NCBI GenBank assembly: GCA_965218795.1
Contig: OZ244653.1
Location: 128,001-192,000, forward strand
Origin: a bacterium
GTDB taxonomy: Bacteria; UBA8248; JACPRG01; G963555815
Direction of reading: 5' to 3'
Length of the DNA: 64,000 bases
A program made the position numbers and the translations under genes. The number at the start of each line of letters is the position of its first letter. Position 1 is the stretch's first letter. This document shows, piece by piece, positions 1 through 9,751 of the stretch. The notes below the pieces were generated by a model that was given only the letters and a program-made list of their open reading frames with translations, was not told where the DNA came from and searched no databases.

Positions 1-135
1 GCCCATCTTGTCCGCCCCGAGCCGTTCCGCGCACTCGAATGTTGTCTCGACCAGCTTGATCATCGGCTGAATCGTGCCCGGGTAATATTGCATCCGCTGG
101 TGAACGGGCATGGAAAGATCGATGAGTTGTGTCAT
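1..135 (-). CDS. Cyclase (kynurenine formamidase-like) family protein, N-terminus; runs off the window start
   Basis: Manual translation MTQLIDLSMPVHQRMQYYPG... matches the IDLS-x-P...P-G start typical of the cyclase family; GGGAGG RBS upstream. Confidence 0.6.
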   Translation of the reverse strand, partial: MTQLIDLSMPVHQRMQYYPGTIQPMIKLVETTFECAERLGADKMG

Positions 136-424
136 GCCTCGAATCCTCCCGCAGGAATCTGATGCAAATGCTCATCGTTTGGAATTGATTTGGAGCAGGA
201 ATCCCCCGTTTCAAATCCGGACAGGCCCGCGAATGATCCTTACGTTGCCGTTTGACGCATTTCAGCTTGCTCTGAAAGACCTGTCAACTGACTGACGGGC
301 GTCTAACATCCCGGCGGCGCCCGAAGGGAATCCACAGACGCCCGCAGGATGCCCAAACAAGGGAGCGGTCTACGCAAATTCCACGGGTTGCATGTAAAGG
401 AGAGAAGGGAACAGGACCAGATCA

Positions 425-460
425 GCTGAACAGCCACCGGCTGAACAGCCATCGGCTGAA
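425..460. repeat. Tandem 15-bp repeat (GCTGAACAGCCA[C/T]CG x2.4)
   Basis: GCTGAACAGCCACCG GCTGAACAGCCATCG GCTGAA read directly; contains the GGCTG-AA-CAGCC palindrome. Confidence 0.8.
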
Positions 461-608
461 GATGCTCGAGATGCGACCCAGAGGTACATTCGTCCCAAGG
501 GTTGCGAAAACGCAGTGGCGCGTTGCCGCCCGCATTGCCTGGATCCGGCTCAGTCCCTATAATCCCATCAATTTCCACATCGTTTGTCGATTTTGACGGG
601 GCTTGAGC

Positions 609-1535
609 ATGACCGAACCACCCGAACTCATCAAGGAAGTCACTCCCGGCGGCCGGGATGAGGACTCCCCCAACCTCGAACGCGCCACGGAAGCCCTCAA
701 GAATGTACGCGTGGTCCTGGTCGATCCCCAATATCCTGGCAACATCGGCTCCTCGGCCCGCGCAATGAAAAACATGGGGATCACCGATTTGCGCCTCGTC
801 TTCTACGGCGAGCCCGTCGAGCACACCAACGCCGACGCCAGGATGATGGCTATGTACGCCAAGGACATGCTCTACCGCGCGCCGGTCTGTCAATCGTTGA
901 ACGAAGCCGTGGCGGACTGCTCCCTGGTCGTCGGCACGACGCGCAGGAGGGGGAAATACCGCCAAGCGACGCCCACCGTCCACGGTATCGCCGGGCGCGT
1001 GCTTCAAACGGCCCGGAATTTTCCCGTGGCGCTCGTCTTCGGACCGGAGAGTTTCGGCCTCTCGAACGAGCACCTCCGCTGCTGTCATGAACTGACGTCC
1101 ATCCCCGCCCATCCGGAGTTCGCTTCGCTCAACCTGGCCATGGCTGTCATGGTCGTCTGCTACGAGATCTACCGGAGCGCCCTCGATCTCAGTGACGACG
1201 CCTCTGAGAGGTCCGCCGCCGCACCGCTGGCCACGGCGGAGGAGTTGGGGGGGATGTTCGGTCACATGAAGGGCACCCTGATGCGGGTCGGGTTTCTCGA
1301 CAAGCAGAACCCCGAGCGGATGATGACTTATCTGCGGAGACTTCTTTCCCGCGCCGACCTGGCCCCAAGGGACGTGAAGATCCTCCGGGGGATATTCCGG
1401 CAGGTGAACTGGGCCATTGACCGTGTGGAATCGGATGAGCCGGGCCCGGATGAGTTGGGAGAAGACATCAAGCCCAATTTGTCCGACGCCCGGCGGGAAA
1501 TCCCCAGCGAACGCACCGGTGTGGCGCGGCGATGA
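609..1535 (+). CDS. trmJ: SPOUT/SpoU tRNA (C32/U32-2'-O)-methyltransferase, TrmJ/LasT family
   Basis: Motifs PGNIGSSARAMKNMG, ALVFGPESFGLSN, SLNLAMAV; C-terminal ILRGIFRQ helix. Confidence 0.9.
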   Translation: MTEPPELIKEVTPGGRDEDSPNLERATEALKNVRVVLVDPQYPGNIGSSARAMKNMGITDLRLVFYGEPVEHTNADARMMAMYAKDMLYRAPVCQSLNEAVADCSLVVGTTRRRGKYRQATPTVHGIAGRVLQTARNFPVALVFGPESFGLSNEHLRCCHELTSIPAHPEFASLNLAMAVMVVCYEIYRSALDLSDDASERSAAAPLATAEELGGMFGHMKGTLMRVGFLDKQNPERMMTYLRRLLSRADLAPRDVKILRGIFRQVNWAIDRVESDEPGPDELGEDIKPNLSDARREIPSERTGVARR

Positions 1536-3283
1536 CCGATCTCTATCCCGAATCGGCCCAGGCAGAGCGGCTCGCGGACTTCATTCGCGTCGCCCGTGGA
1601 GACGGGCCGGCGGACGTGGTGCTGAAGGGCGGGAAGGTCGTCAACGTTCTTTCCGGCGAAATCCAGGAAGCTACGGTCGCAATCTACAAGGGCCGGATTG
1701 CGGGGCTGGGGGATTACGAGGGCAGGGAGTCCCGGGACCTCGGCGGGATGTACATCGCGCCCGGTTTCATCGACGGGCACTGCCACATCGAAAGCTCCAT
1801 GCTGCCGCCGGCCGAGTACGCCCGCGCCGTGGTCCCGCGGGGCACGACGACGGTCATCGCCGACCCGCACGAGATCGCCAACGTCCTGGGCCTTGAGGGC
1901 GTCCGATTCATGATGGAGAGCAGCCGCCACTGCCCGCTCGACGTGTACCTGATGGCGCCGTCCTGCGTTCCGGCCTCGCATCTGGAGACGGCCGGCGCGA
2001 CGCTGAAGGCCGAGGACCTCGCGCCGCTCCTCTCCGACCCGCGTGTCTTGGGGATTGGGGAGGTGATGAACTTTCCGGGGGTCGTGACGGGGGACCCCGG
2101 AGTCCTGGCAAAACTCGCCCTCGACCCAGGGCTGGCGATAGACGGCCATGCGCCGGGGTTGTCGGGAAAGGAACTCTGCGCTTACGCGGCCGCGGGCGTT
2201 CATTCGGACCATGAATGCGTCACCGCGGCGGAGGCCCTTGAGAAGCTGCGGCTCGGGATGCACATTATGATCCGGGAGGGGTCCCCGGCCAAGAACTTGA
2301 AAACGCTGCTGCCCATCGTGAAACCGGAGAACGAATCACGGGTCTCTCTGGTGACCGATGACGTGGATCCGGCCGACCTCGCGGCCAAGGGCCATCTGGA
2401 TTACGTCCTGAACCTTGCCATTGAGCTCGGTCTGGATCCCATCTTGGCGATTCGGATGGTTACGTGGAACACTGCCCGGTATTTCGGTCTTCAGGGGCGG
2501 GGAGCCGTCGCGCCGGGCTATAACGCCGACCTTTCAATCTTCGAGGACATGCGCGATATCCGGGTGCGGCAGGTCTACAAGGACGGAAGCCTGGTGGCGA
2601 ACGATGGGCGGATGGCCTTTTATGGCGACCACGTGCCCTCGGGCCGGATCCGGAACACCGTGACCCTCCGCTGGGACAAGCTGGAAGACCTGTCGGTCCC
2701 GGCCGCCGGAAAGCGGCTGCGCGTCATCGGTGTGGAACCGGGACAGATCGTCACAAGCTCACTGGAGTTCGACGCCCGCATCGAGGACGGAAGGGCCGTT
2801 TCCGAAGTCGACCGGGATATCCTCAAGATGGCCGTGGCCGAGCGGCACGGAAGGACGGGCAAGGTCGGACTTGGATTTGTCCACGGTTTCGGGCTGCAAC
2901 GGGGCGCCATGGCCTCCTCCGTGGCCCACGATTCCCACAACGTGGTCGTTGTGGGCGTGGAGGACGAAGACCTGCGGGCGGGATTTCGCGCCGTGGAGGA
3001 GATGCAGGGCGGGCTGGCGGTGATCGTGGACGGCCGCCCGGCCGCCCGGGTCCCCCTTCAAATCGCCGGCCTGATGAGCGAATTGCCCATCGAGAAGGTC
3101 ACTGAAGAGTTGGAGGCCCTTCATGTGGCGGTGAAGGGCATCGGATGTCCGCTCGAATCCCCCTTCATGACGCTGTCTTTCCTGGCGTTGGCCGTCATCC
3201 CCCAACTCAAGCTCACAGACCAGGGGCTGGTGGATGTGGATAAATTCGATTTTGTAACGTTGTTCGCGGATGCGGAAGGGTAG
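1532..3283 (+). CDS. ade: Adenine deaminase
   Basis: GFIDGHCHIESSM, DPHEIANV, GEVMNFPGV, DGHAP, SDHEC, SSVAHDSHN, PFMTLSFLAL; ATGA overlap with trmJ. Confidence 0.95.
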   Translation: MTDLYPESAQAERLADFIRVARGDGPADVVLKGGKVVNVLSGEIQEATVAIYKGRIAGLGDYEGRESRDLGGMYIAPGFIDGHCHIESSMLPPAEYARAVVPRGTTTVIADPHEIANVLGLEGVRFMMESSRHCPLDVYLMAPSCVPASHLETAGATLKAEDLAPLLSDPRVLGIGEVMNFPGVVTGDPGVLAKLALDPGLAIDGHAPGLSGKELCAYAAAGVHSDHECVTAAEALEKLRLGMHIMIREGSPAKNLKTLLPIVKPENESRVSLVTDDVDPADLAAKGHLDYVLNLAIELGLDPILAIRMVTWNTARYFGLQGRGAVAPGYNADLSIFEDMRDIRVRQVYKDGSLVANDGRMAFYGDHVPSGRIRNTVTLRWDKLEDLSVPAAGKRLRVIGVEPGQIVTSSLEFDARIEDGRAVSEVDRDILKMAVAERHGRTGKVGLGFVHGFGLQRGAMASSVAHDSHNVVVVGVEDEDLRAGFRAVEEMQGGLAVIVDGRPAARVPLQIAGLMSELPIEKVTEELEALHVAVKGIGCPLESPFMTLSFLALAVIPQLKLTDQGLVDVDKFDFVTLFADAEG

Positions 3284-3433
3284 GGCCCAGCGCTCAAGCG
3301 AAATCGTCCCGCATAAGATTTTGACAGAGAGGGATTCACCCCCTCGTCAATTGTTTTTGCGAAATTGAGTTCACAGTCTTGTTCCCGGAACAGGCTGAAC
3401 CGGACGGCGGCGTCCAAGAGAGGCAGACAGCCC

Positions 3434-4159
3434 ATGACTGATTCCTGCAAAATCAAATACTATATTGCAGCCCACGATGAAGACGCCTTGAAGGAGGCCA
3501 TCACCTCCGACGCGGACGTGATCGTCATGGACCTGGAACAAAATTGTCCGGCCGACAAGAAAAAGGCGGGTCGGGCGCTGGTGCAACGGGCTTGCGCGGA
3601 CATGGATTTCAAGGGCTCGGCCAAGTGGGTTCGGGTCAATATCGGCGGCTCGAAGGAACAGGAAGAAGACCTGGAGAGCCTCGAACATCTGCCGGACGGA
3701 ATCGTCCTCGCTTCGGCCCAGGACGCCCAGGAAACCCTGGGACTGGCGAAGGTCCTGGTCGATGTCGAGCGGCGGGTCGGCGTCGACCCGGGAACAATAC
3801 CGATCGTGCCGAATATCGAATCCGGCCGGGGCCTTCGAAATGCGTTCGAAATCGCCGAATGCAGCGCCCGGATCTCCGAAATCGGCTTGGGCGGCGGGGA
3901 CATGCTGAGGGACCTGGGCGGCATCCGCGTTCCGGAGGGAGGCGAACTGTACCACGTCAGGGCGCGACTGGCGGTCGAGGCCCGGGCCGCGGGGGTTGCC
4001 CTCATGGACACGGTGACCCCTCTGAACGCCGAGGAAGATTATTTGATGCGGGACACGCGGGAGGCCTTCAAGCTCGGCTTCAAGGGCCGGGCGGTGCTGG
4101 GCGCGGAGCAAATCGAGCCCATTCGGCGGATCTGGGCGGAAATGCACGGAGACGGCTGA
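3434..4159 (+). CDS. HpcH/HpaI aldolase / citrate lyase beta (CitE)-like protein
   Basis: ADVIVMDLE, WVRVN, IESGRGL, ARAAGV..D, GFKG pattern; several canonical residues diverge. Confidence 0.75.
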   Translation: MTDSCKIKYYIAAHDEDALKEAITSDADVIVMDLEQNCPADKKKAGRALVQRACADMDFKGSAKWVRVNIGGSKEQEEDLESLEHLPDGIVLASAQDAQETLGLAKVLVDVERRVGVDPGTIPIVPNIESGRGLRNAFEIAECSARISEIGLGGGDMLRDLGGIRVPEGGELYHVRARLAVEARAAGVALMDTVTPLNAEEDYLMRDTREAFKLGFKGRAVLGAEQIEPIRRIWAEMHGDG

Positions 4160-4299
4160 AATCCTTGCGAGGGCCTGAATCCCTCCCGCAAGTTGTGAAT
4201 TTCGGTCCAAAAATTAAAAGAGCCGGACAGATCAAAAGCTGAGGTTCTTCGATCTCCCGGCTCTTTTGAAAGCGGCCTCTCAATTGGCGTGCAATTTCG

Positions 4300-4572
4300 T
4301 TAAGCGACAGCCTGTTTCAGCTTTCCCCCCGCCACGAATTTCGGAACTCTTTTCGCGGCCACGTGAATGGATTCGCCCGTCTTGGGATTGCGCGCCTGGC
4401 GGGCTTTGCGCTGGGCCACGGAGAACGTGCCGAAACCGGAGAGCACAACGCGCTCTCCACGCTTGAGGCCCTTGACGATCTCATCGATCACGCTGTCAAT
4501 GGCAACCTCAGCCTTGGTTTTCGGGATTTCGGCCTTCCTGGCCACAGCATCGATGACATCAGCTTTGTTCAT
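4300..4572 (-). CDS. hup: HU-family DNA-binding protein (90 aa)
   Basis: MNKADVI...GFGTFSV..RKARQARNPKTGE...VPKFVAG. Confidence 0.95.
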   Translation of the reverse strand: MNKADVIDAVARKAEIPKTKAEVAIDSVIDEIVKGLKRGERVVLSGFGTFSVAQRKARQARNPKTGESIHVAAKRVPKFVAGGKLKQAVA

Positions 4573-4692
4573 ACCTTTTCCTCCCTTTGGATCGGTTATC
4601 GGGCCTCTTGGCCCGATGGGGAGCCAACGACATTCCACACCTGGTTCTTCCAGTTTCCCCTACATTTAGGTAAAAAACCTATTTGCAGACCC

Positions 4693-4722
4693 AATATGTC
4701 GTATGAATTTGCAGATTGTCAA
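4693..4722 (-). promoter_or_regulatory. Putative sigma70 promoter of hup
   Basis: Minus strand TTGACA-N18-CATATT in an AT-rich stretch upstream of hup. Confidence 0.45.
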
Positions 4723-4909
4723 GATTTTATTTCATGAAAAATCAAGGCTGATTCCCTGTATACCGACAATCCCAACTCCTCCTTAGAATGGGATTGGACA
4801 AATTCGGGGCTAAAATATTCCCGTGGAAGGTCCGACAAGAGGCCGGCAAACCGGGCCGGAGGGGCGATTGCGACTGGCCGGTCTGAATTTCTGAAAATTT
4901 GCCCCGGAT

Positions 4910-5644
4910 TTATGAGGGACGGGGGTCTTGGGGGAGAGCCCCCGCGGGAAGAGCGGATCCATCCCCGGTCGCGCTTTCATCAATCAGCCGGGAGGCTTCC
5001 CGAAGCCCGGTTTCGATTCGCCCTACAGCGGTTTCGGGCGGGAAATGGCGGGACGGCTTTTTGAAAACACGGGAGTAGAACGCCCGGGCGATGTCTTCTG
5101 CACTCTCTCCCGCGCGGTGCCGGTCCCAGATCTCAAGGTACCATTTGTAAATGCCGAGATCTTGGGGAGGCTCGCCGCCCTGCTCCGGATGGAAATCGGG
5201 ATGCCGGTCCATCCTCCGCAGAACCAGTTCATCGAGGACGGCATCGAGGATCGGCAGCAGGTTGGCCCGAGGGGTGCGGAGGTCCACTTCGATGGTGACC
5301 CGGAATTTGTCGCCTGCGTCAGGATCGTCCCGGTTTTCCTCGCCATCCGGGTCAAACACGCGCAAAGCGGGAAAACCCGACACCTCGGGCTGGTCCCCGT
5401 AGGGATACATGATGGGGAGGCGGATTCCGTCCGGGGTTTCAGATGGGTCGGGCAGGGCCCCCAGGCGGTATTTAGCCATGAGACGGAAGGCCTCCCGGCG
5501 CACGGGCTGGGCCTCCTCGGAGCCGTGTTTCGAGATGAGCTTGCGGTAAGCCGCGTGATCCACCTGATATACTTCATTTCTGCGGAGGAATTCCCACCGG
5601 AGATCCAGCAATTCCCGCAGGAGAAGAAGGGATTCTCGCTTCAT
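4910..5644 (-). CDS. FseA-like (DUF6499 + DUF2285-like HTH) transcriptional regulator
   Basis: N-terminal RWEFLRRNEVY motif; C-terminal YLEIWDRHRAGESAEDIARAFY HTH-like segment. Confidence 0.6.
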   Translation of the reverse strand: MKRESLLLLRELLDLRWEFLRRNEVYQVDHAAYRKLISKHGSEEAQPVRREAFRLMAKYRLGALPDPSETPDGIRLPIMYPYGDQPEVSGFPALRVFDPDGEENRDDPDAGDKFRVTIEVDLRTPRANLLPILDAVLDELVLRRMDRHPDFHPEQGGEPPQDLGIYKWYLEIWDRHRAGESAEDIARAFYSRVFKKPSRHFPPETAVGRIETGLREASRLIDESATGDGSALPAGALPQDPRPS

Positions 5645-5785
5645 CGTCCGTGACAATGGGTCTCTCCCGAATGAGTTCTCTTTTCAAGTTAGACAGTCCG
5701 TAGACGGTGGGCAAAAGGGAAGCGGGAGGCGCTTTTTCGAAGCCGCCCCCTCAATCGACTTGCCCACGGGCCGCTCACACCAAAA

Positions 5786-8110
5786 TTACCGGTCAGTCAG
5801 AGGGCTTTCTTGAACCGTCGCAATCACTTTTTCCGGCGTGATGGGCAGATTGCGGATGCGCCGGCCGCCCAGGGCGTTTGCAACAGCGTTGGCCACGGCC
5901 GCGGCCGTCGGGACCAGCGCGGGTTCACCCAATCCCTTGGCCCCGTAAGGGCCTTCCGGCTCCGTCTCGTCCACAAATCGGACCTGAATATCGGGTGCGT
6001 CTGCAAAGGTGGGGATGCGGTAGTCGTAGAAGTTCGGGTTCAGGACCTGCCCGGCCTCGAAAACCAGTTCTTCAGAAATCGCCCATCCCAACCCCTGAAC
6101 GACCCCGCCCTCCACCTGTCCCTCGGCCGTGAGCGGATTGATGATCCTGCCCGAATCGTGCACGGCCGTCATGTTCTCGATCCTCACCCGCCCGGTTTCG
6201 GTATCAACGGAGACCTCGGCCACGTGTGCCGCGAACGCGTAGGACAGGGTGGCGTGGCCGTACCGTGTCGCGTCCGGGATGACGATGTTCTCCGGCGTGA
6301 CATAGGCGCCTTCGCCGACGACCGGTTTGCCGCCGCCCGTCATGACCATCTGGCGAACGGTATCGGAAAAACGGGTTCTTCGCTCCGGGGCGGCTTTTAC
6401 AAAAATCTCGCCGTCGCTGCAGACCAGGTCCTCCGGGGCGCACTCCAGCTGCTCGGCGGCGTGGCTCAGAATCTTCTCATGCGCGTTCCGGGCGGCCTGC
6501 GAAACGGCGTGGCCGCCGAGGGTGGTCACCCGGCTGGCGAAGGCCCCCAGGCATCCCGGTGTCACGTCCGTATCCACGGCGGATACCTCAACATCGGCCA
6601 TCGGGATTCCCAGTTCCTCGGCTGCGATCTGGGCCAGGACGGTTCGCGATCCCTGGCCGATGTCGGTCTCTCCTGTGAGGAGAAATGCGCGTCCCTCCTC
6701 GTTCACCTGGAGAACGGCGGATGACCCGTCAAAATCCTTGTACGCCCCGCGAAACCCCGACCCGTGGATACAGCAGGCCATGCCGATCCCTCTGAGGAGC
6801 CGCCCGTGCCCGGAAGGCGGAGCGGATGACGACGGACTTCCCTGATTGGCAGACCGCTTGCGTTCCCAATCGGTCAGGGCTTTGGCCTTTTCCACGCATT
6901 CCCGAACGCCGGCGGTTCCGATCTTGAACCCGTGCATTGTCAGGTCGCCCCGGCGCACGAAATTTTTCATCCGGATCTCTGCCGGGTCTATTCCTATTTG
7001 CCCGGCAAGCATGTCGATGCCCGATTCCAGTGCGAAGGCCCCCTGAGGATTGCCGAACCCTCGATACCCGCCCGTCGGGAGCTTGTTCGTGTAGACGAGG
7101 CGGTACCGGTTCCTGACGTTGGGGATGCGGTAAAGGTTGTCCATCCGGTAGGAGGCGATTCCGGTGACGGCCGGGGCTTCGTTGCTGTAAGCGCCGTTGT
7201 CCGCGGTGACGTCGGAGGATTTAGCGATGAAACGGCCTTCGGAATCCGCCCCCAGTCTGAAATGAATCTTCATGGGGACGCGCGGATGCGTGGTCATGAA
7301 TTCGTCGTTGCGCGTGTTGTCGACCCGGACGGACCGGCCGGCTTTCCGGCTCAGGAGCGCGCCGATGAGGTGCAGGGCCACCATCTTTTTCGAGCCGAAT
7401 CCGCCCCCCACGAAGGAGTGCACCATTCGGATATCCGATTCGCTCAGCCCAAGGATTTCCGCGTAATGCTGGCGGGCGATCCACGGATCCTGTATGCCCG
7501 CATGGAGCGTCAGCCTGCCGTTTGCCCTGAAATCGGCGATGCACCCCATAGGCTCCATGTAGCACTGGTGGGCGGAAGAGGTCTCAAAGGAGGTATCGAG
7601 CCGGTGGACGGCGCCTTCCCATGCCTTGCCGAACCCACCCCGGTCCATGTCGCCCTGCATGGCGATATTGCCCGGTCTGTCTTCGTGGATCAGGGGCGCG
7701 CCTTCAGCCAGGGCCTCGCCGGTCGTACCCACCGCGGGGAGGGGATCGTAATCGACCCGTATCAGCTCCAGGGCTTCTTCGGCGGTATCCGGGTCAGTGG
7801 CGGCGACCGCGGCGACCTCATCCCCGGCAAAGCGGACCTTATCCACCGCCAGGACAGTCTCATCGTGAATCATGTGGCCCCAGCGGGTGTCGGGACAATC
7901 GGCGGAGGTCAGGACGGCGCGGACGCCTTTCAGCTTGCCTGCACGCGACGTATCGATGGAGAGGATGCGGGCGTGGGGCAGGGGGCTGCGCAGTATCTTC
8001 CCCCAGAGCATGCCGGGAAGGACCACATCGGACGTGTATTCCCCTCCTCCGGATGCCTTGTCCCGGGCTTCAATCGAGGGAATCCGACGGCCGATGACGT
8101 TGTATTCCAT
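5786..8110 (-). CDS. Xanthine dehydrogenase-family molybdopterin-binding (large) subunit
   Basis: RSPLPHARI, GGGFGSK, YRGFGNPQ, DIGQGSRT, AFASR, GQVEGGVVQGLG, GAKGLGEP. Confidence 0.92.
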   Translation of the reverse strand: MEYNVIGRRIPSIEARDKASGGGEYTSDVVLPGMLWGKILRSPLPHARILSIDTSRAGKLKGVRAVLTSADCPDTRWGHMIHDETVLAVDKVRFAGDEVAAVAATDPDTAEEALELIRVDYDPLPAVGTTGEALAEGAPLIHEDRPGNIAMQGDMDRGGFGKAWEGAVHRLDTSFETSSAHQCYMEPMGCIADFRANGRLTLHAGIQDPWIARQHYAEILGLSESDIRMVHSFVGGGFGSKKMVALHLIGALLSRKAGRSVRVDNTRNDEFMTTHPRVPMKIHFRLGADSEGRFIAKSSDVTADNGAYSNEAPAVTGIASYRMDNLYRIPNVRNRYRLVYTNKLPTGGYRGFGNPQGAFALESGIDMLAGQIGIDPAEIRMKNFVRRGDLTMHGFKIGTAGVRECVEKAKALTDWERKRSANQGSPSSSAPPSGHGRLLRGIGMACCIHGSGFRGAYKDFDGSSAVLQVNEEGRAFLLTGETDIGQGSRTVLAQIAAEELGIPMADVEVSAVDTDVTPGCLGAFASRVTTLGGHAVSQAARNAHEKILSHAAEQLECAPEDLVCSDGEIFVKAAPERRTRFSDTVRQMVMTGGGKPVVGEGAYVTPENIVIPDATRYGHATLSYAFAAHVAEVSVDTETGRVRIENMTAVHDSGRIINPLTAEGQVEGGVVQGLGWAISEELVFEAGQVLNPNFYDYRIPTFADAPDIQVRFVDETEPEGPYGAKGLGEPALVPTAAAVANAVANALGGRRIRNLPITPEKVIATVQESPLTDR

Positions 8111-8302
8111 AATTCAGTCTCGAATCTTTCCCCGAACAATCGAATCTTGAGATCGTGTCATGACTCAGAGATATATTCACTAAAGTCGTTTGATCTTAGC
8201 GAGGATGGAATCGGCCGTAGCCGGCAGGCTTCCGATACGTTGCCCAAGGCCTCGGCCAGCTGCAGGGCGCTGAGTCGATGCTTCACAACCTTCTTCTCTG
8301 CT

Positions 8303-8380
8303 CTTGTCACGGCTCCTCCCACTCTGTCCCCCGACTAAGACATTCGAGGGCAGGTGTCCGGGAAGATACCTGGTCGTACA
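8303..8380 (+). repeat. Dispersed mosaic repeat, copy 1 (segments 1+3)
   Basis: 8303-8355 aligns closely with 38433-38486; 8361-8380 is the exact reverse complement of 16939-16958. Confidence 0.8.
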
Positions 8381-8381
8381 A

Positions 8382-9402
8382 TTATTTAAATGCTCTGTCC
8401 AAGATTTCACGTCGTCGTTTTGCAGCTTCTTCTGGAGAAATCAACCCTTTCTCTTTGAGAATTTTTAAAAATTGAAGGTTTTTCTCAACATTCGACCTCA
8501 ATTTGGAATCTTGATTTCTTGGAGTTTTAATTGGTCTGCTACCATCCTCCATTTGATCAATGCGGTTCGCTATGAGCTCATCTAGTGTGACTTTTTTGGT
8601 GACTGGAGAGATTTTAAGTGCCTTCCAGGCTTCTTCAATTGGAACAAAAAAGTTTAATCCCACGCCTACTTTTCCACCTAGTACGATTCCTGAATGGGCT
8701 AAACCTACGACGCGACCGTATTTGTCCAACAGTGGGCCGCCACTGTTACCGGGATGAATTGTCACATCGCTTTGTATGAGCCTTCTTCCCTCTTCCACTC
8801 GAAACGCACTTACTACTCCTTTCGTTAACGTGCGATGAAAATCCTCACGCAGGGGAGTACCAATAGCCAGAACGGGATCCCCTACTCTAAGGGAAGCAGA
8901 AAATCCAATAGGGGTGAAATGGTATTTCCCTTTTTCCAGTTTTATCAAGGCTACATCGGTCTCCGAATCAGTTCGAATTACTTCTCCAACGACACGCCGC
9001 CCGGTAGAGAGTTCAATTGTAATCATACCGGGACTTTTTCCGACTACATGAGTATTTGTAAGTACATATCCTTCAGAAGATACAATAAATCCGCTACCAT
9101 GTCCTGAACCAATGAGAATTTTGACAACGGCTCCATAAGCGTGTTGCACGACTTCTGGAATTTTATTCGCATCAACTTTTGAAAGACTCACAACAGAAAT
9201 ACCCAGAATATTTCCATTCTCTTTCTTAGGTTGCACAGTTCTGGACAAAATCGAAACTAATTTGTTGTTAGCAAGAAGATTTCTAACAGATTTAGCAAAC
9301 GCTCTATAATAGGCTTCGGTACCTTGTTCAGGTCCAGCACCTGTTTTTGCTGTTCCACCAGTTGTGGTTTTCAGAACTACTGCCCGAGTCCTACGCTGAT
9401 AG
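8382..9402 (-). pseudogene. 3' part of a trypsin-like (S1C) serine protease gene interrupted by IS3
   Basis: GSGFIVS, VLTNTHVV (His), DVALIKL (Asp), PGNSGGPL (Ser); SHOCT-like C-terminus; the ORF-track N-terminus comes from IS sequence. Confidence 0.85.
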
Positions 9403-9469
9403 TGAGGTGGTCCCAGCAAATCGGACAGGTTGCTAAGGTGTATTCCACCGACTGAGGGAGGGATACGCA

Positions 9470-9751
9470 ATGACGACACGACGGCGATTCACGGGGGAGT
9501 TCAAGGCGAAGGTAGCGCTGGAAGCACTGCGCGGGGACAAGACGGTTCAAGAAATCGCGGTGCGGCACAAGGTGCATCCGAACCAGGTGAGCGCCTGGAA
9601 GCAGCGAGCGGTGGAGGGGCTGAAGGAGGTATTCTCCAAGGGGGCGGAGCGGGCACGTGGGGACCATGAGGTGGAGATCCGGGACCTGCATGCGAAGATC
9701 GGGGAGTTGACGGTGGAGCGGGATTTTTTGTCCAAAGGGCTCAAGTGGTGA
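9470..9751 (+). CDS. IS3 OrfA (HTH)
   Basis: RRRFTGEFKAKVALEA...VHPNQVSAWK...LTVERDFL. Confidence 0.9.
   Translation: MTTRRRFTGEFKAKVALEALRGDKTVQEIAVRHKVHPNQVSAWKQRAVEGLKEVFSKGAERARGDHEVEIRDLHAKIGELTVERDFLSKGLKW

Noticed and set aside
303-1265. Long antisense or alternate-frame ORFs (also 6932-8338, 20727-22649, 25883-27940, 34883-36337, 51761-52939)
   Set aside because: Shadow frames of well-supported genes, expected in GC-rich DNA; no motifs
5786-8110. Aerobic CO dehydrogenase CoxL
   Set aside because: Active-site loop reads GYRGFG, not AYxCSFR or AYxGAGR
8382-9479. 365-aa protease as an intact gene
   Set aside because: Its first ~25 codons come from the IS end; the same applies to the tails of ORFs 10702-11067 and 44958-46331
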